In this document: one piece after another, positions 9,799-21,854 of the stretch
Layout: each line of letters opens with the position of its first letter
Numbering within the stretch: the first letter of the stretch is position 1
DNA from: Takakia lepidozioides
Taxonomy: Eukaryota; Plantae; Bryophyta
Reading direction: 5' to 3'
DNA: 64,000 nucleotides
NCBI GenBank assembly: GCA_030704615.1
Contig: CM060732.1
Coordinates: 65,038,001-65,102,000, forward strand
The notes under the pieces: generated by a model
What the model was told of the DNA's origin: nothing
Seen by the model: only the letters and a program-made list of their open reading frames with translations
The model's database searches: none
Made by a program: the position numbers and the translations under genes

Positions 9799-12510
9799 AT
9801 GATTTCGACTAGTAAGTTGTTAGACCGCTGTGTAGTTAGCAAGTTGCAATTCTCTTCTCCACTTCGTTGGTGTGTATTCCCCCTCCGGAATCAGTTGGTG
9901 GAGAGGTTTCCCTGCCATTCTGCATCTCTCCTGCGATTACGCTCAGGAGGTGCAGGCCTGGGCTTGCCACCTTCGCCCCGACTGCTTCCTGCGTGTGTCT
10001 GGGTAAGAGCTGAATCTGGCACCTCCTTCACAAGTATGGAAGAGCAGTTTGAGGAATTTCGTGTGGTGCTGGATGAGATTGGAGCTGTGCGGGAGCGCTT
10101 CCGCGGCATAGTGTCCAACCTTGACAGTACCATCCGCCTTATGCAGGCTGGGCTTCTTCCCATTCATCACTCGTCTTGTCCCGCCATTGGTACGCTCATC
10201 CTCTCAGTACACCATGTCAACATCCCTCTCAACTCATCTTAAACTTCTGGAGTTGAGCTGCAATTCGCCACCTTCTTATCAATTCAGTGCAAGTGGAATT
10301 GTACGGTTGATTGCCTACGGATGATAAGATTTTCCTTGCTCAATGCATAATCTTATGTTGACGTGAGGTTTGATAGGTTTTTGAATCACAGATTTATGCG
10401 GAGTCCCTCATGTTTGATTCAAATATGGGTGCATGTGCAATTTGGTGGTTCATGACTCAAATGCAAGGACACTCTGTGGGGAAAGGGCTGCTTATGATTT
10501 GCAGCAGATAACACTAAAGACGTCAGAGCTTGAATATGAAATGAGTGTTGTTTCATTCCAAACTGCAGGTACCTGCACACACCTACAGAGACAGAGAGAT
10601 GTACTCATTAGACTTTGATTACCTTTAGCCCTGCGGCCATGGATCCCAAGCCCTTGGAGGGAGCATGGAAGGCAAGGAACTGGGGAGGGGGACAGATAGA
10701 GGTGAGATGGGCCCACTCCCACTGTGGAATGCTCTCTCCAGTAGTGCAAAATAAAGTGGATTCTGGCCTTCCACATTTTCTCAAAGACATTCTTTACCCT
10801 ATCATCAGGTCATTGTGAATATCTTTCACCCAAAATTAGGCAGAGGCCACAGCTTTTGTCTGGTCTTGAGAATCTTAAACTGAAGGGGGGTTGCAGAGAA
10901 ATGAGAGAGAGACACACATATATAACCAGGAGTTTGACCACATCTGTTTTTTCTGGAACACCAGAGGCAAGAAAGAAGATGATATTACATATTCCAGCTC
11001 TGCAAGAGCGTTATGCACAGCTTGCTGAAGTCATCAAGGACTGTCCTGACCAGTACTACAGGTAGGGCTCTGGGCTTCTTGACATACTTTATATTCAGAC
11101 TCTTATTGCAAATGCAATATATTCGTCTTTGGTCAAGTTGGTTGTAATATGCTTAAATGTAAGTCAATCTATACCATTGTGGTGGTTGATCTAATGCAAG
11201 TCCAATACCTGTTGAAGTCAACTTGACAGTCAGTGGGATCCATTCATCAGCATGCAAATATTTGCATCTTATCTTTGTGATCTGGTTGCAGGTATCATGA
11301 TCACTGGCGGAATCAAACCAATGCAGTGGTGTTTCTTCTTGCATTTCTTCACTGGCTGGATACTGGTGACCTCTTGACGCATGCTGAGGCAGAAGCTAGG
11401 CTTGGCTGTGAGGCCCCTTACTTTATGTGCTCGGTCTTACCCTTTCTCTGCCTCTTGCTTTATATTTTCGCATTTTGTATATAACCGACTCAGGCAGGAA
11501 ATTTTTTGGTATTGAGGTCACTTAATCTACTATTTAGCAGGGACAGCATGATCATGTGCTGGTAATCTAGTTCATGCCACTCCATGGTGTGTGCAGTGGA
11601 TCCAACGAAGTTTTTCATCGACATTGAAGACTATCTCATTGGTGCGTATTTGGACTTCATTGTTCAGCATTGAAGGGATTTCGCTTATGGTCATGATTGT
11701 GCTAAAGCCTGGGATATCTTCTTATTAAGATAGTGTTTGGTAGCAACTCTTATTTTTCTGTATGTGAAAGATTGATTATGGTGTGTTGCGGTGTTGTCTG
11801 CAGGTCTCTGCAACGTCTCAAATGAGCTGGTATCTCTTAGTCCCTCTTGAAGTATGTAAGCTGCGAGTTACCTCTTTGTTTCAAGCTGGTTTAATTTAGG
11901 GAGAACATGTATATGTGGGCTCTCTAGCAGACTCACATATTTTCATAGTTGTCTCATCGACCCAAGGTCAGTTGAGATGTTTATCTCGATCTTCAAATGT
12001 CTCTTCAAAAGGTGGAGGGGGCATTTGAACTTTGGAACGATGCAATGCAGCCCAGGTATGTTACAAACCGAGTGACTGCTGGTGATTACAATTGCCCCAA
12101 AAAGGTGTCGGTGTTCTTGGGTGATTTGTCCACTGCCTTCCGCCTTCTGAATCTGCGTAACGATCACCTGCGCAAAAAATTTGACGGTGAGTGAGTGTTT
12201 CTACTAATCCTCTTTACTTTGGGCCAGCTTAACTTTTGCAGAATTGAGAGTATGTTACACCACTCATCTCCTGCCTCATCCTTCACTTCTTCTCTCATCC
12301 TTCCCTGCTGTCCATCTTGGTCTTCTTTAAACTTGTAGCAATGCACCAATACAGAATTATTGACAATCATAGGGTCCCTTTCCAGCAGGTATGAAGTATG
12401 ATCTCAAGAAAGTAGAGGAAGTCCTGTATGATGTGACCATTCGGCGCCTTGCGGATGCACCACAGAGCAGCCCAACCAACACCCAACCCAGCGAAGCTAT
12501 TCCAAAGTAA
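9799..12510 (+). CDS. TSN: Translin (C3PO subunit), 7 exons
   Basis: GT-AG exons 9799-10189, 10965-11061, 11292-11407, 11597-11641, 11804-11829, 12051-12187, 12389-12510 splice in frame to ...MEEQFEEFRVVLDE...QYYRYHDHWR...AFLHWLDTG...DIEDYLIGLCNVSNELPRYVTNRVTAGDY...FRLLNLRNDHLRKKFDGMKYDLKKVEEVLYDVTIRRL; alternative start at ATG 10036. Confidence 0.95.
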
Positions 12511-13796
12511 GAGCCTCGCAGCAGCTTCTTTTTCCTTTTCGCCTTAACCTTGGTCTTTCCCATGGTTCCACACCTCCTGCTGAAGCTCCAGCATGTAACC
12601 TATTCCTTACTGACCAGTCTTATTCATGGACACTGACACCCTTGCTATGTTCATTATAGCTGCTATAGACCAGGGGATTTGTCTCAGAAGGTATTTGTCC
12701 AGTCAAGAGCTAGTGCATTGATATGTTTATGATGCATTTGTGCAGGGAATGAGCTCAGTGGGTCCGGTGTGGGTTTACTGGATGGATAGGTTTTGTCAAG
12801 CTTTTGGTCTTTGGCAAATTCTGTAGGGAGTGTAGAGCTTTATCATTTCTGGTGCGGCTGGCATTTTGGTACGGCAGTCAGAAAGTGACCCCTTTGTCAA
12901 ATATGAAGAGAAGGTATGTCCACGTAAAGTCAAGTGGGAACAAAGTATTGGATGATAATCACGCTGGTGACTATTTCGATCTCTAGTGAGGCCCTCATAT
13001 GGTTTTTCGAAGCACAGCCAGGCAGCAGCCTAAACACTCTACCAAGGACATCGAATGTCCCTTCCGCAGACCTGGAACCTTTCTAGTGAGCTGTTGTCTG
13101 TGGGCATGACCTCAGCTCTCAATTTCGGCATCCTTGTTGGGGTACAATGTTTCAAGCATGCCAATTTGCAATGAGGCACCTCAAAGTTTGTGATTCCCTT
13201 TTTCTGTACCTTACACCTACACAACTTTATTAAGAATTCCGGATGTCCATGTGGCAATGATGTGTACTGTTGCTAATTTTTGAGACCAAGGTCAGTATTC
13301 ACCCGATTTCGGTACTACACAAACACACGATTAATCCAATTTACCTCTCTCACTTTGTAAGCTTAGCATGCATCTGGTGGAGAGAGCATTGACTTGGTGG
13401 AGAGAGCATTCCATCCACCAGACTTGAACAACAAAGTAAAAAGCTTTCAAGCAGTTCAGAATATGCTACAAGATTATGCCCCGGGGCAGAAGCTTGGATT
13501 GATGAAGCAGATGGAGCTCACAACAGTGGCCATCACATTTTAATAGATGTATATAAATATGTTTCTGAACACAGAAAACAGAAAATATGATTGTGTGTGT
13601 TCTGGGAGAGGAGGAGCAATATGAATTGGTACACCCACACTTCACAGTGGAAAGACCTACTGTGGACAGGGCATTGGTGACCATTGGTTAGACTTAAGTG
13701 GTCGTTTCCCCACCTACAGCACCAAAACCTTGAGGTGGACAACTGCAGTTCTGTGCTTTTGTCTTCTCCATGCAACAGGTGTAATATTGGTGAAGG

Positions 13797-14905
13797 GATT
13801 TCTTCTCCCCACTGAGTGGGAAGGACACCCTTAATACTCTTCTAAAAGAGCAAGGGCTTCATTGAAATCCGTGAGTAGCTCGTTTTACAGCCTTGGATTA
13901 CTGATTTGCTACCTCTACACATCTCCCAGACACGACACATTTCACTGAGCAAAAGTGAGAGAGATTATTCTCTAGGTAAGAAAGCACCATGTTTTCTGGA
14001 GGAGTATTTTGCCACCATTAACAAACAGAGGAGGGAGATGGAGGAGGAGAACAAAACCTTGCAAGAAAAGTGCGCAAGATTGCAAGAGAAAAATTGCAGA
14101 TCAAATGACCGGAAGAAAGAGGTAGAAGAGATGACCCCGATACTGGAATTTCAAGTGAGAGCTATGGAGACAAATTTTGGCTGTAAGAATTACACAACGA
14201 GAGGCTCATGAAGCACAAATTCTGGCAGCACATGTCAGAGAAAGGGCTGACGTTGGGGACCATATTTCCCATCTTGCCTATAACGGCCATCTGATGCATA
14301 CATGGTCGGGCTGGACAAGGCATGCAAAAAGTGGCAGAAGCTATAGCCCTGAGGCTTTCTCTTCCAAATGACCAACCCACTGTGTTTTGGTCCTCTATGT
14401 CCATAGATGATCCTACTTGGTCTTATGCAAATGCTTGGAGGCGGGGAGAACTGGAAGGGCAGCTGGCAAGAGAGAGGGCCGGCCAGAGTTGAAGTGTGAA
14501 AGATAATCACAGACAGAACATGCAGCAGCCGGAAAGTAATCAACTCCCAAGCTTAACTTCACTTCTTATAATTCACCCAGTGCCTTGTGGATCGGTCTCG
14601 TTTTCCTTGGAAGAGACCTATCTCAAAGACCACACTTTTGCTGTCTCTACCACCATGGTAGTGCCATTGCTTATAATGGAAGCTGTCAGTCTGACTTGTT
14701 CAATCTTTTCCTTGTTCTTTCTTGCCCAAATATCAATATAAATATACAACACGTGCAATGCTAAGATGAGCCAATAGACTCTGCATATATACAGAGAATC
14801 TCACTCAAGCTAAGGGAAGCATGAGTTCGTTCATTGAAAGCATTGCCATATTTGCTGTAAGAGCTATGCTCTCCTGCTCTCACTAACCATTGCCAGCTGA
14901 TCCTG
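13797..14905 (+). repeat. Diverged direct repeat copy B
   Basis: Collinear with 7835-9240 (FLEEYFATINKQRREMEEENKTLQEKCARLQEKNCRS...), frameshifted near 14180. Confidence 0.8.
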
Positions 14906-15639
14906 TCCACCGCAATGCAGTTGCGGCCATTAGAAGGTGTCTACCTTTTAGACGGAAGGGCTACCACATCTTAGTAATACTCATGCATCACCATTCCAAG
15001 CATTATGTAGAGCAATCACTGTAGTTTTTCAGTGTTGAAGCTAAGGTTATGGTATATCAACATGCTTTCCTTTGTAAGAAGAGAAACAGTACGTGATCCC
15101 AATCGGAATGAAGAAAGACAGTGTTTCAAGCACTTCAGAATGAGGGTCAAAGAGACTTCACCTGATTAACGACCTTCAAAACCACTCGCTGGCCCACACA
15201 TCACGCACTAGGCATAGCGATGATAGGCAGGCAACGACCATGGACTATTTTATTATTAACTTTAGTTATGAAATTGAAAGCTTCAGGACTCTTGTGCTCT
15301 GCATCGCAAGTCCTCACCGAGCTCCAATCCGCTCAAGCTGGCCAATTCCCCTCTGTGCCTTGCAATTCGCACCTGTTTCTTTCCCCTCATTTTCTCTCGA
15401 TTTCCCGCCCAAATTTTCCTCCCCACTTTCTCAGCCAAGCTTGATAAGGTATGGACAACGGCTGCAGCGAGGACAGCCACAACGACTCTCCTGCCGCTGT
15501 CTCTCAATCTAATAAAAGGGAATGCCAAAATGGCTCATTACAACAGACAAATAAGACCACCAACCAAACCCTAATTCTTTGCTGGCAATGGAGCCAAAAA
15601 CTTGCCGGTTACAACTCTGTCGGATTGGGCATCTTCACG

Positions 15640-15921
15640 TCAATCCCCATTCAGCGTAGGCGAAGAGGTCGGGGGAGGCGCCTGCCACTTTGGAACCGTA
15701 CCATCGAAAATATGGGAGCAATCTGTGTATGCAGAGCCTAAGCCCACACCGGCTCCCAAGGCGATTGCAGCCCACCGTGCAGTTGGACTCCTGAAGAGAA
15801 GCAGGGCCGATGCCGCACCAGTCAAGGATCCATACACGAAGCGGCGCAATGTCAAGTCGATGCAGGCATCCCATTTCTCATCAAGCCTGAGCTGTCCGGG
15901 CGTCTCACTGGCATGCGCCAT
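15640..15921 (-). CDS. MIC10: MICOS complex subunit MIC10 (DUF543), single-exon CDS
   Basis: 93 aa: LDEKWDACIDLTLRRFVYGSLTGAASALLLFRSPTARWAAIALGAGVGLGSAYTDCS; two TM segments with the GxGxGxG motif. Confidence 0.92.
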   Translation of the reverse strand: MAHASETPGQLRLDEKWDACIDLTLRRFVYGSLTGAASALLLFRSPTARWAAIALGAGVGLGSAYTDCSHIFDGTVPKWQAPPPTSSPTLNGD

Positions 15922-16765
15922 TCCCGTCTTCTTACACCCCTCGAATCCTTGCTCCTGTTTCCCAAATCACAAATCCCTCCCCTCCTCTTTCTTCCTGGTT
16001 CCCCTCCTCGTATCTCGCAGGCAGAAGGTAAGGTATGCAGATTCTTTATGGACCTTGTTCCAACAGCTCCTTCTCCTTGCCCCTACCTCACAGATTACTC
16101 ATAACTGGGCATTCAATCTTAAGCTCGGATCCGGCAAGAACCGGCATCATGTAATGGACTAGCCCCCCTCCTCCTTCGGAGAAAACTGCCCTATTTTTTC
16201 TGGACGAGGTTTTCATCCATGCAGATGGTCCTCACATGCCGCACAAGCTGCCAAAAGAGTTTTGTTGATGTTCGGTTCTCTCGAGAAAAGCACAGAGGGA
16301 TCCTGAAGGCATGCCAGAGACTGTTGGCGGATGTCAGATTTCCATTGGCAGGAGTATCTGACCCTGCTTCCAGTGCCTTGACCAAGAGTTGGATGCAGGC
16401 AGATTTGTCCTTGCAAGTGTTTATCAAGGAGATCTGTGAGCTCTGCTGTATGATCTTTATGGACTGGATATTCTCTCCAGTTGCTTCACTTCACGACACT
16501 GTTGTGGCTAGCTTTTTCTTGAAAGAGCCTTGGAACTTCGGTGGGTGCGTCCGCGTATATAGTTGAAGCTCAGCTGCCTGCTGGTGGTATTTCCAAGACC
16601 ACCAGATTTTGGGTTGGTCGTGTCCTCCTAGGGTGAAAGCAGAGCTAGATGCCATGATACAAGGTCAAGCACAATCTGCTGACACTCCAACTTATGGTCA
16701 AGGGAGGAAGCCGGGTCAGATACAGTCTCTGAAGGAATCTGACCATCCCCAACAATCTGGCTGCC

Positions 16766-18739
16766 ATGATGAACCCGTGGAGACAAGAACTCAACAACAA
16801 CTCTTTTGGCACTTGTGGGCATGTGAGGACACTGTGTAATGCTGGACGTCTAAAAGAGGTGCTGCACATTTTGACACAAGGAGGTAATTGTGCAGACTCC
16901 ATTAGTTATGTCTGTGTCTTGCGGGAGTGCATCAAAATGAAAGGCCTGGCAGAGGGAAAGCAGGTGCACACCCACATTATAGAAAGTGGATTTAAACCAA
17001 ACGTCTTCCTACTCAACACACTTGTCAACATGTATGCCAAGTGCGGGAGCGTGGTGGATGCACGCCGTGTGTTTGACAAAATGTCCGAACAGGATGTGTT
17101 TACATGGAATATAATGATAGCAGGATATGCCAGGCATGGGTGCGCCAGGGAGGCTTTTACGCTATATGAGAAAATGCAACAACAAGGGTGGATGCCCAAC
17201 AGGGTCACATTCATTTGTCTTCTCAATGCCTGTGCCAGTCTGGTAGCTCTTGGAAAGGGCAAAGAGGTCCATGCTGCCATCATCAAAGCTGGAATTCTGC
17301 CAGACATCATTGTTGAGACTGCCCTTGTTGACATGTATGCCAAATGCAGGAGCATGAAGGATGCACGTCAAGTGTTTGACAGTATGCCTGAACGAACTGT
17401 GGTCTCATGGACTGCGATGATCACACAATATGCTCATAGTGGGCGTGGTAGGGATGCTTTGGAGATGTACGAGCAAATGATATGGGAAGGGGTGTCACCC
17501 AACAAGGTCACCTTCATTGGCGTTCTCAATGCGTGTGCCAGCCTGGCAGCTCTTGACAAGGGTAAAGGGGTCCATTCTGACATCATCAAAGCTGGAATTG
17601 GGCAACATATCATTCTGGAAAATGCTCTTGTTGATATGTATGCAAAATGTGGGAGTGTAAACAATGCACGCCTAGTTTTTGACAATATGGCTGAACAGGA
17701 TGTGGTCTCATGGAGCACAATGATCGCAGGATATGCTCAGCATGAGTGTGGGAGGGAGGCTTTGGAAATGTATGGGAGAATGCAACGCAAAGGGGTGACA
17801 CCCAATCGGGTCACATTCATTTGTATCCTGAAGGCCTGTGCGAGCCTGACAGCCTTGGAGACAGGCAAAAAGGTGCATGCTGATATCATCAAAGCTGGAA
17901 TTGCTCTAGATATTATTCTGGACTCTGCCCTTGTGGACATGTACGCCAAATGTGGGAGCATAAAGGATGCTCGTCGAGTCTTTGACACTATGTCTGAAAG
18001 GAATGTGGTTTCATGGACTGCAATGATTGCAGGATATGCTCAGCATGGGTCTGGTAGGGAGGCTATGGAGATCTATGAGCAAATGATATGGAAAGGGGTG
18101 ACACCTGACAAGGTCACGTTCCATTGTGTCCTCACTGCTTGTGCTAGCATGGCAGCCCTGGAAAAGGGCATGGCAGTCCATGCTGACATGATCAAAGCTG
18201 GAATTGTGACAGATATCAGTCTGGACACTGCTCTTGTTGACATGTATGCCAAATGCGGGAACATGAAGGATGCTCGTCAAGTGTTCAATAACATGGCTGA
18301 GAGAGATCTGGTATCATGGAGTGCAATGATTGCAGGATATGGTCAGCATGGGTATGGCAGGGATGCCCTCCATTTGTTTGAGAAAATGCAACAAGAAGGC
18401 TTGAAACCGAGCAATATCACCTTTACATGTCTCCTCTCTGCATGTAGTCATGCAGGCCTGCTGGATGAAGGCCGTCACTACTTTGATTCCATGAGTCGAA
18501 ATCATGCCCTCACCCATAATGTTGAGCATTTTGGCTGCATGGTGGACCTTCTGGGCCGTGCAGGGCGATTGGATGAGGCAGAGGACTTCGTTAACAACAT
18601 GCCAGTGGAACCTGGTGCCTTGGTGTGGGGCACCTTGCTTGGTGCGTACAAAATTCATGGTGACTTTGAGAGAGCGGAACGTGCGGCAAAATGCCTTCTC
18701 AAGTTGGATCCCTGTGGAGAGCAAATTGTATCCACATAA
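16766..18739 (+). CDS. PLS-class PPR protein ending after E1 (no E2/DYW)
   Basis: 657-aa ORF with 17 PPR motifs (L-S-P triplets, P2-L2-S2), then E1 ALVWGTLLGAYKIHG...LKLDP, then CGEQIVST-stop. Confidence 0.85.
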   Translation: MMNPWRQELNNNSFGTCGHVRTLCNAGRLKEVLHILTQGGNCADSISYVCVLRECIKMKGLAEGKQVHTHIIESGFKPNVFLLNTLVNMYAKCGSVVDARRVFDKMSEQDVFTWNIMIAGYARHGCAREAFTLYEKMQQQGWMPNRVTFICLLNACASLVALGKGKEVHAAIIKAGILPDIIVETALVDMYAKCRSMKDARQVFDSMPERTVVSWTAMITQYAHSGRGRDALEMYEQMIWEGVSPNKVTFIGVLNACASLAALDKGKGVHSDIIKAGIGQHIILENALVDMYAKCGSVNNARLVFDNMAEQDVVSWSTMIAGYAQHECGREALEMYGRMQRKGVTPNRVTFICILKACASLTALETGKKVHADIIKAGIALDIILDSALVDMYAKCGSIKDARRVFDTMSERNVVSWTAMIAGYAQHGSGREAMEIYEQMIWKGVTPDKVTFHCVLTACASMAALEKGMAVHADMIKAGIVTDISLDTALVDMYAKCGNMKDARQVFNNMAERDLVSWSAMIAGYGQHGYGRDALHLFEKMQQEGLKPSNITFTCLLSACSHAGLLDEGRHYFDSMSRNHALTHNVEHFGCMVDLLGRAGRLDEAEDFVNNMPVEPGALVWGTLLGAYKIHGDFERAERAAKCLLKLDPCGEQIVST

Positions 18740-20444
18740 CATGTATGCCAACTGCGGGAGCTTAAAGCATGGACGGCAAGTGTTTGAGCATATGGCTAAA
18801 TGAAATGTGGTCTCATGGAGTGTGATGATCACATGATGTGCTCAGCAGGGGTGTGTTAGGCAGGCCCTGCAACTATTTAAACAATTGCAACAGGAACGCT
18901 TCAAGCCGAATGTGGTCTCTTGAAATGCCATAATAGCAGGATATGCTCAGCACCGGTGTTGTAGGGAGGGTTTCGAGATCTATGGCTGTCAAGATCGATG
19001 AGCAAATGATGCAGGGGTGACGCCCAACAGGGTAACTTTCATTTGTCTTGCTAATGCATGTGCCAGTCTGGCAGTTTTGGAAAAGGGCATACAGGTCCAT
19101 GCTGAGATCATCAGAGCTGGAATTTCCCCAAATTCAATTCTCGAGCATAAGCTCATTGATATGTATGCAATATGTGGGAGCTTAAAGGATGCGCATCACA
19201 CATTTGACAATGTGGCTGAGCGAGATGTAATCTCATGGACTGCGATTATAGCAGGATATGCTTGGCATGGGTATTAGGGAGGCCATGCAACTATATGGCC
19301 AAATGAACATGGAGTGCATTTATTGCAGGATATGCTCCGGATGGATGTGGTTGGGAGGTTCTGGAGACTTGCGAACAATTGGTAGGGGAAGGAGTGGGGC
19401 CCAACCAGGTTACATGTGTTTGTTTTCTGGCTGCCCTGGGAAAGGGCAAAGAGGTCCATGGCCTCATTATCAAAGCCAGAATTGAGCCAAATATAATTCT
19501 GGAGAACACCCTTCTTGACATGTATGCAAAATGTGGGAGCATAAAGGATGTGCGCTTGGTGTTCGACAATATGGCTAAGCGCGATGTGGTCTCATGGAGT
19601 GCAATGACTGCAGGGTATGCGCATGGGTTCGGTATGGAGGCAGTGCAGCTTTTTGAGTGAATGCTACAGGAAGGCTTGAAGCTGGACAGTATCACTTGTA
19701 CATGTGTTCTTTCTGCATGTAGCCATGCGGGCCTAGTGTATGAAGGCCGTCACTACTTTGAAGATCATGGTCACTCCTACAATGGAGCATTTTTGCTGCA
19801 TGGTGGACCTTCTGGCCGTGCAGGGAAATTGGCTGAGGCAGAGGCAGAGGACTTCATTGGCAAAATGCCATCCGAACCAAGTGCTTCTGTGTGGGGGGCC
19901 TTGCTTGGATCGTGTAGGATTCATGGCAATGTGGTGGTAGCAGAACGTGTGGCAATATGCCGTCTTAGGTCAGATCCACAGCATGCTGCCACTTACATGC
20001 TGCTGTCGAACACCTATGCTGCAGCTGGCAGGTGGGATGCTACTGCAAAGGTGAGAAAAATGGAGGACTTGTGTAAAAACGAAGCCAGGTCAATGCTACA
20101 TTGAGGAATCACGTCTATAAGTTCATTGTAGAAGACACAATGCATCCACAAATTGAGGAGATTCATGCTGAGCTGAAGAGATTATCTGGGCAGATGAAGG
20201 CAGCCAAATATTTCTGACACCGTGCTTTGTATTGCATGATCTGGAGGAGGAGCAAAAGGAGTTTTCTCCTTGCCATCACAGTAAGAGGCAGACCATTGCT
20301 TTTGGGCTCATTAAGACTCCCCCAAGGACACCTCACCGTGTCATCAAGAACCTTCTGGTGTGTGGTGACTGCCTTCTTGTGGGGGTGTTGGCATCCTGTA
20401 CAACAATTTCTCGCTCCACAATCTTGGTGGCCATCTTGGAAGTG
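18738..20444 (+). pseudogene. Decayed PPR-E1-E2-DYW pseudogene directly abutting the 16766 PPR ORF
   Basis: Frameshifted S/P/L motifs (MYAICGSLKDAH, MYAKCGSIKDVR), L2/S2, E1 SVWGALLGSCRIHG, E2 ATYMLLSNTYAAAGRW, DYW remnants [25 protein letters not shown] and [11 protein letters not shown]; terminal part inverted. Confidence 0.88.
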
Positions 20445-20829
20445 CTTGGTGAAACAAGCAACAAGCTTGAGTGGTGTCTCACTGTGTTTGACGAAGGTTG
20501 TATTTCTTCAGTGTTTTTGTGAGCAAAGAAAAAAGTTGAATAATCTATGTCTTGATGCATGAGGCAATCCCGAGAGTGGTGTGGGGTGAACTACAAAGAG
20601 TAGTCAAGCCATGCCAACAGTAGATACAGACTGCCATGCACTGTGCGATTCCATGTACAAATATCCCAAGGCAGAGGGATTTCTGGATTTGAGGTGCCCA
20701 AACGAGGTGTTACTTTCTGGCCACAGTACCACTGGAATCAAGTTTGATGTGACTACAAGAGCATTTCATCTTCCACAAACTTTCCATCTGTCTGCCTGTT
20801 GTAGTAAGCAATGCATTCATTCGCTTGAA

Positions 20830-20995
20830 TCAATCCTGATTGTCCACAATGAGGTCATCCATGATGGCCTCTCCCATGTCACAGACTGGAAACAAGTTCA
20901 GGGAAGTTTTCTCCCTAACCTTGTAGTTGAACTCCTGGAGTAAAATAACCCACATGGCTATTCTTCCGGTCAAGTCGGGTTTGTTGGCTGTGTCT
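20830..20995 (-). mobile_element. Ty3/gypsy retrotransposon pol fragment (end of RNase H)
   Basis: NKPDLTGRIAMWVILLQEFNYKV matches the gypsy RNase H C-terminal motif (GRxARWxxLLQEFD). Confidence 0.6.
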
Positions 20996-21854
20996 AGAGG
21001 CATTTTGGAGACATCTTGCCTAGGGGGAGAACTAGGCTTATCCATTAACCCTAGTCTATGGAGGGTTGATGGGCATGATTCATGAAGCCGTGGAAAAAGC
21101 ATAAAACAACAACCCCAGAATCACCGAAGGAAAGAGCAAGGACAGAGCCTCTTGTGGCGGAGCCGCTTGTTGATCATGCAACAAGTTCCAAAAGAAACTG
21201 GCACAACACCAGAGCTACTACCCATGGTCAGAAATTTCTCTCAGACCGTTGTGCAGGGTGGCACTAGATTGCCCATCAGCTACCGGGAAAGAGCCCAGTT
21301 TATTGTAGCCAATTTGTGGTTTTGTTGTACCTAGTTTGCATACCAAACTGATCTGAAAAAAGCACATGATGATTGCTAGCACAAGGGTCCCAAAGTTGGA
21401 TACAGGAAAGGTGATGACTCTCACAGCAACTTGTGTACTATGCAAGGGCTAACATACCCCCAATTTTTGCTCTCTTTAATGGGAAACACCCCGGAGCGAC
21501 CACTCACGAAGAGGTTCCTAACCCAAGATGTTTCTGAGATTGTAGTTCGAGGATGACACGATGACACCCATCTACAGCCTGACACTGTACCATATCATAT
21601 CAGTGAAACTGGAGTCAAAGAAAACCCAGCTAGCTTGTCTATAGAAATCAAAGCTTGGCAGTGATAGTAATAGCTGCATTGCACACTTTGCCAGCTTTCT
21701 GTCTTGTCTGCAGTCCATGTTATGTCTGGCACCGTGGAATCAGTTGTGAGATTTGAGCAGCAAGGCGCGGGAGGTAGAGATGAGACACAACTTCAGTTGA
21801 TAGTCAATTTCAAGGATCCTCCATCTATGAAATAGGCTTGCATGCTGCTTCCCT

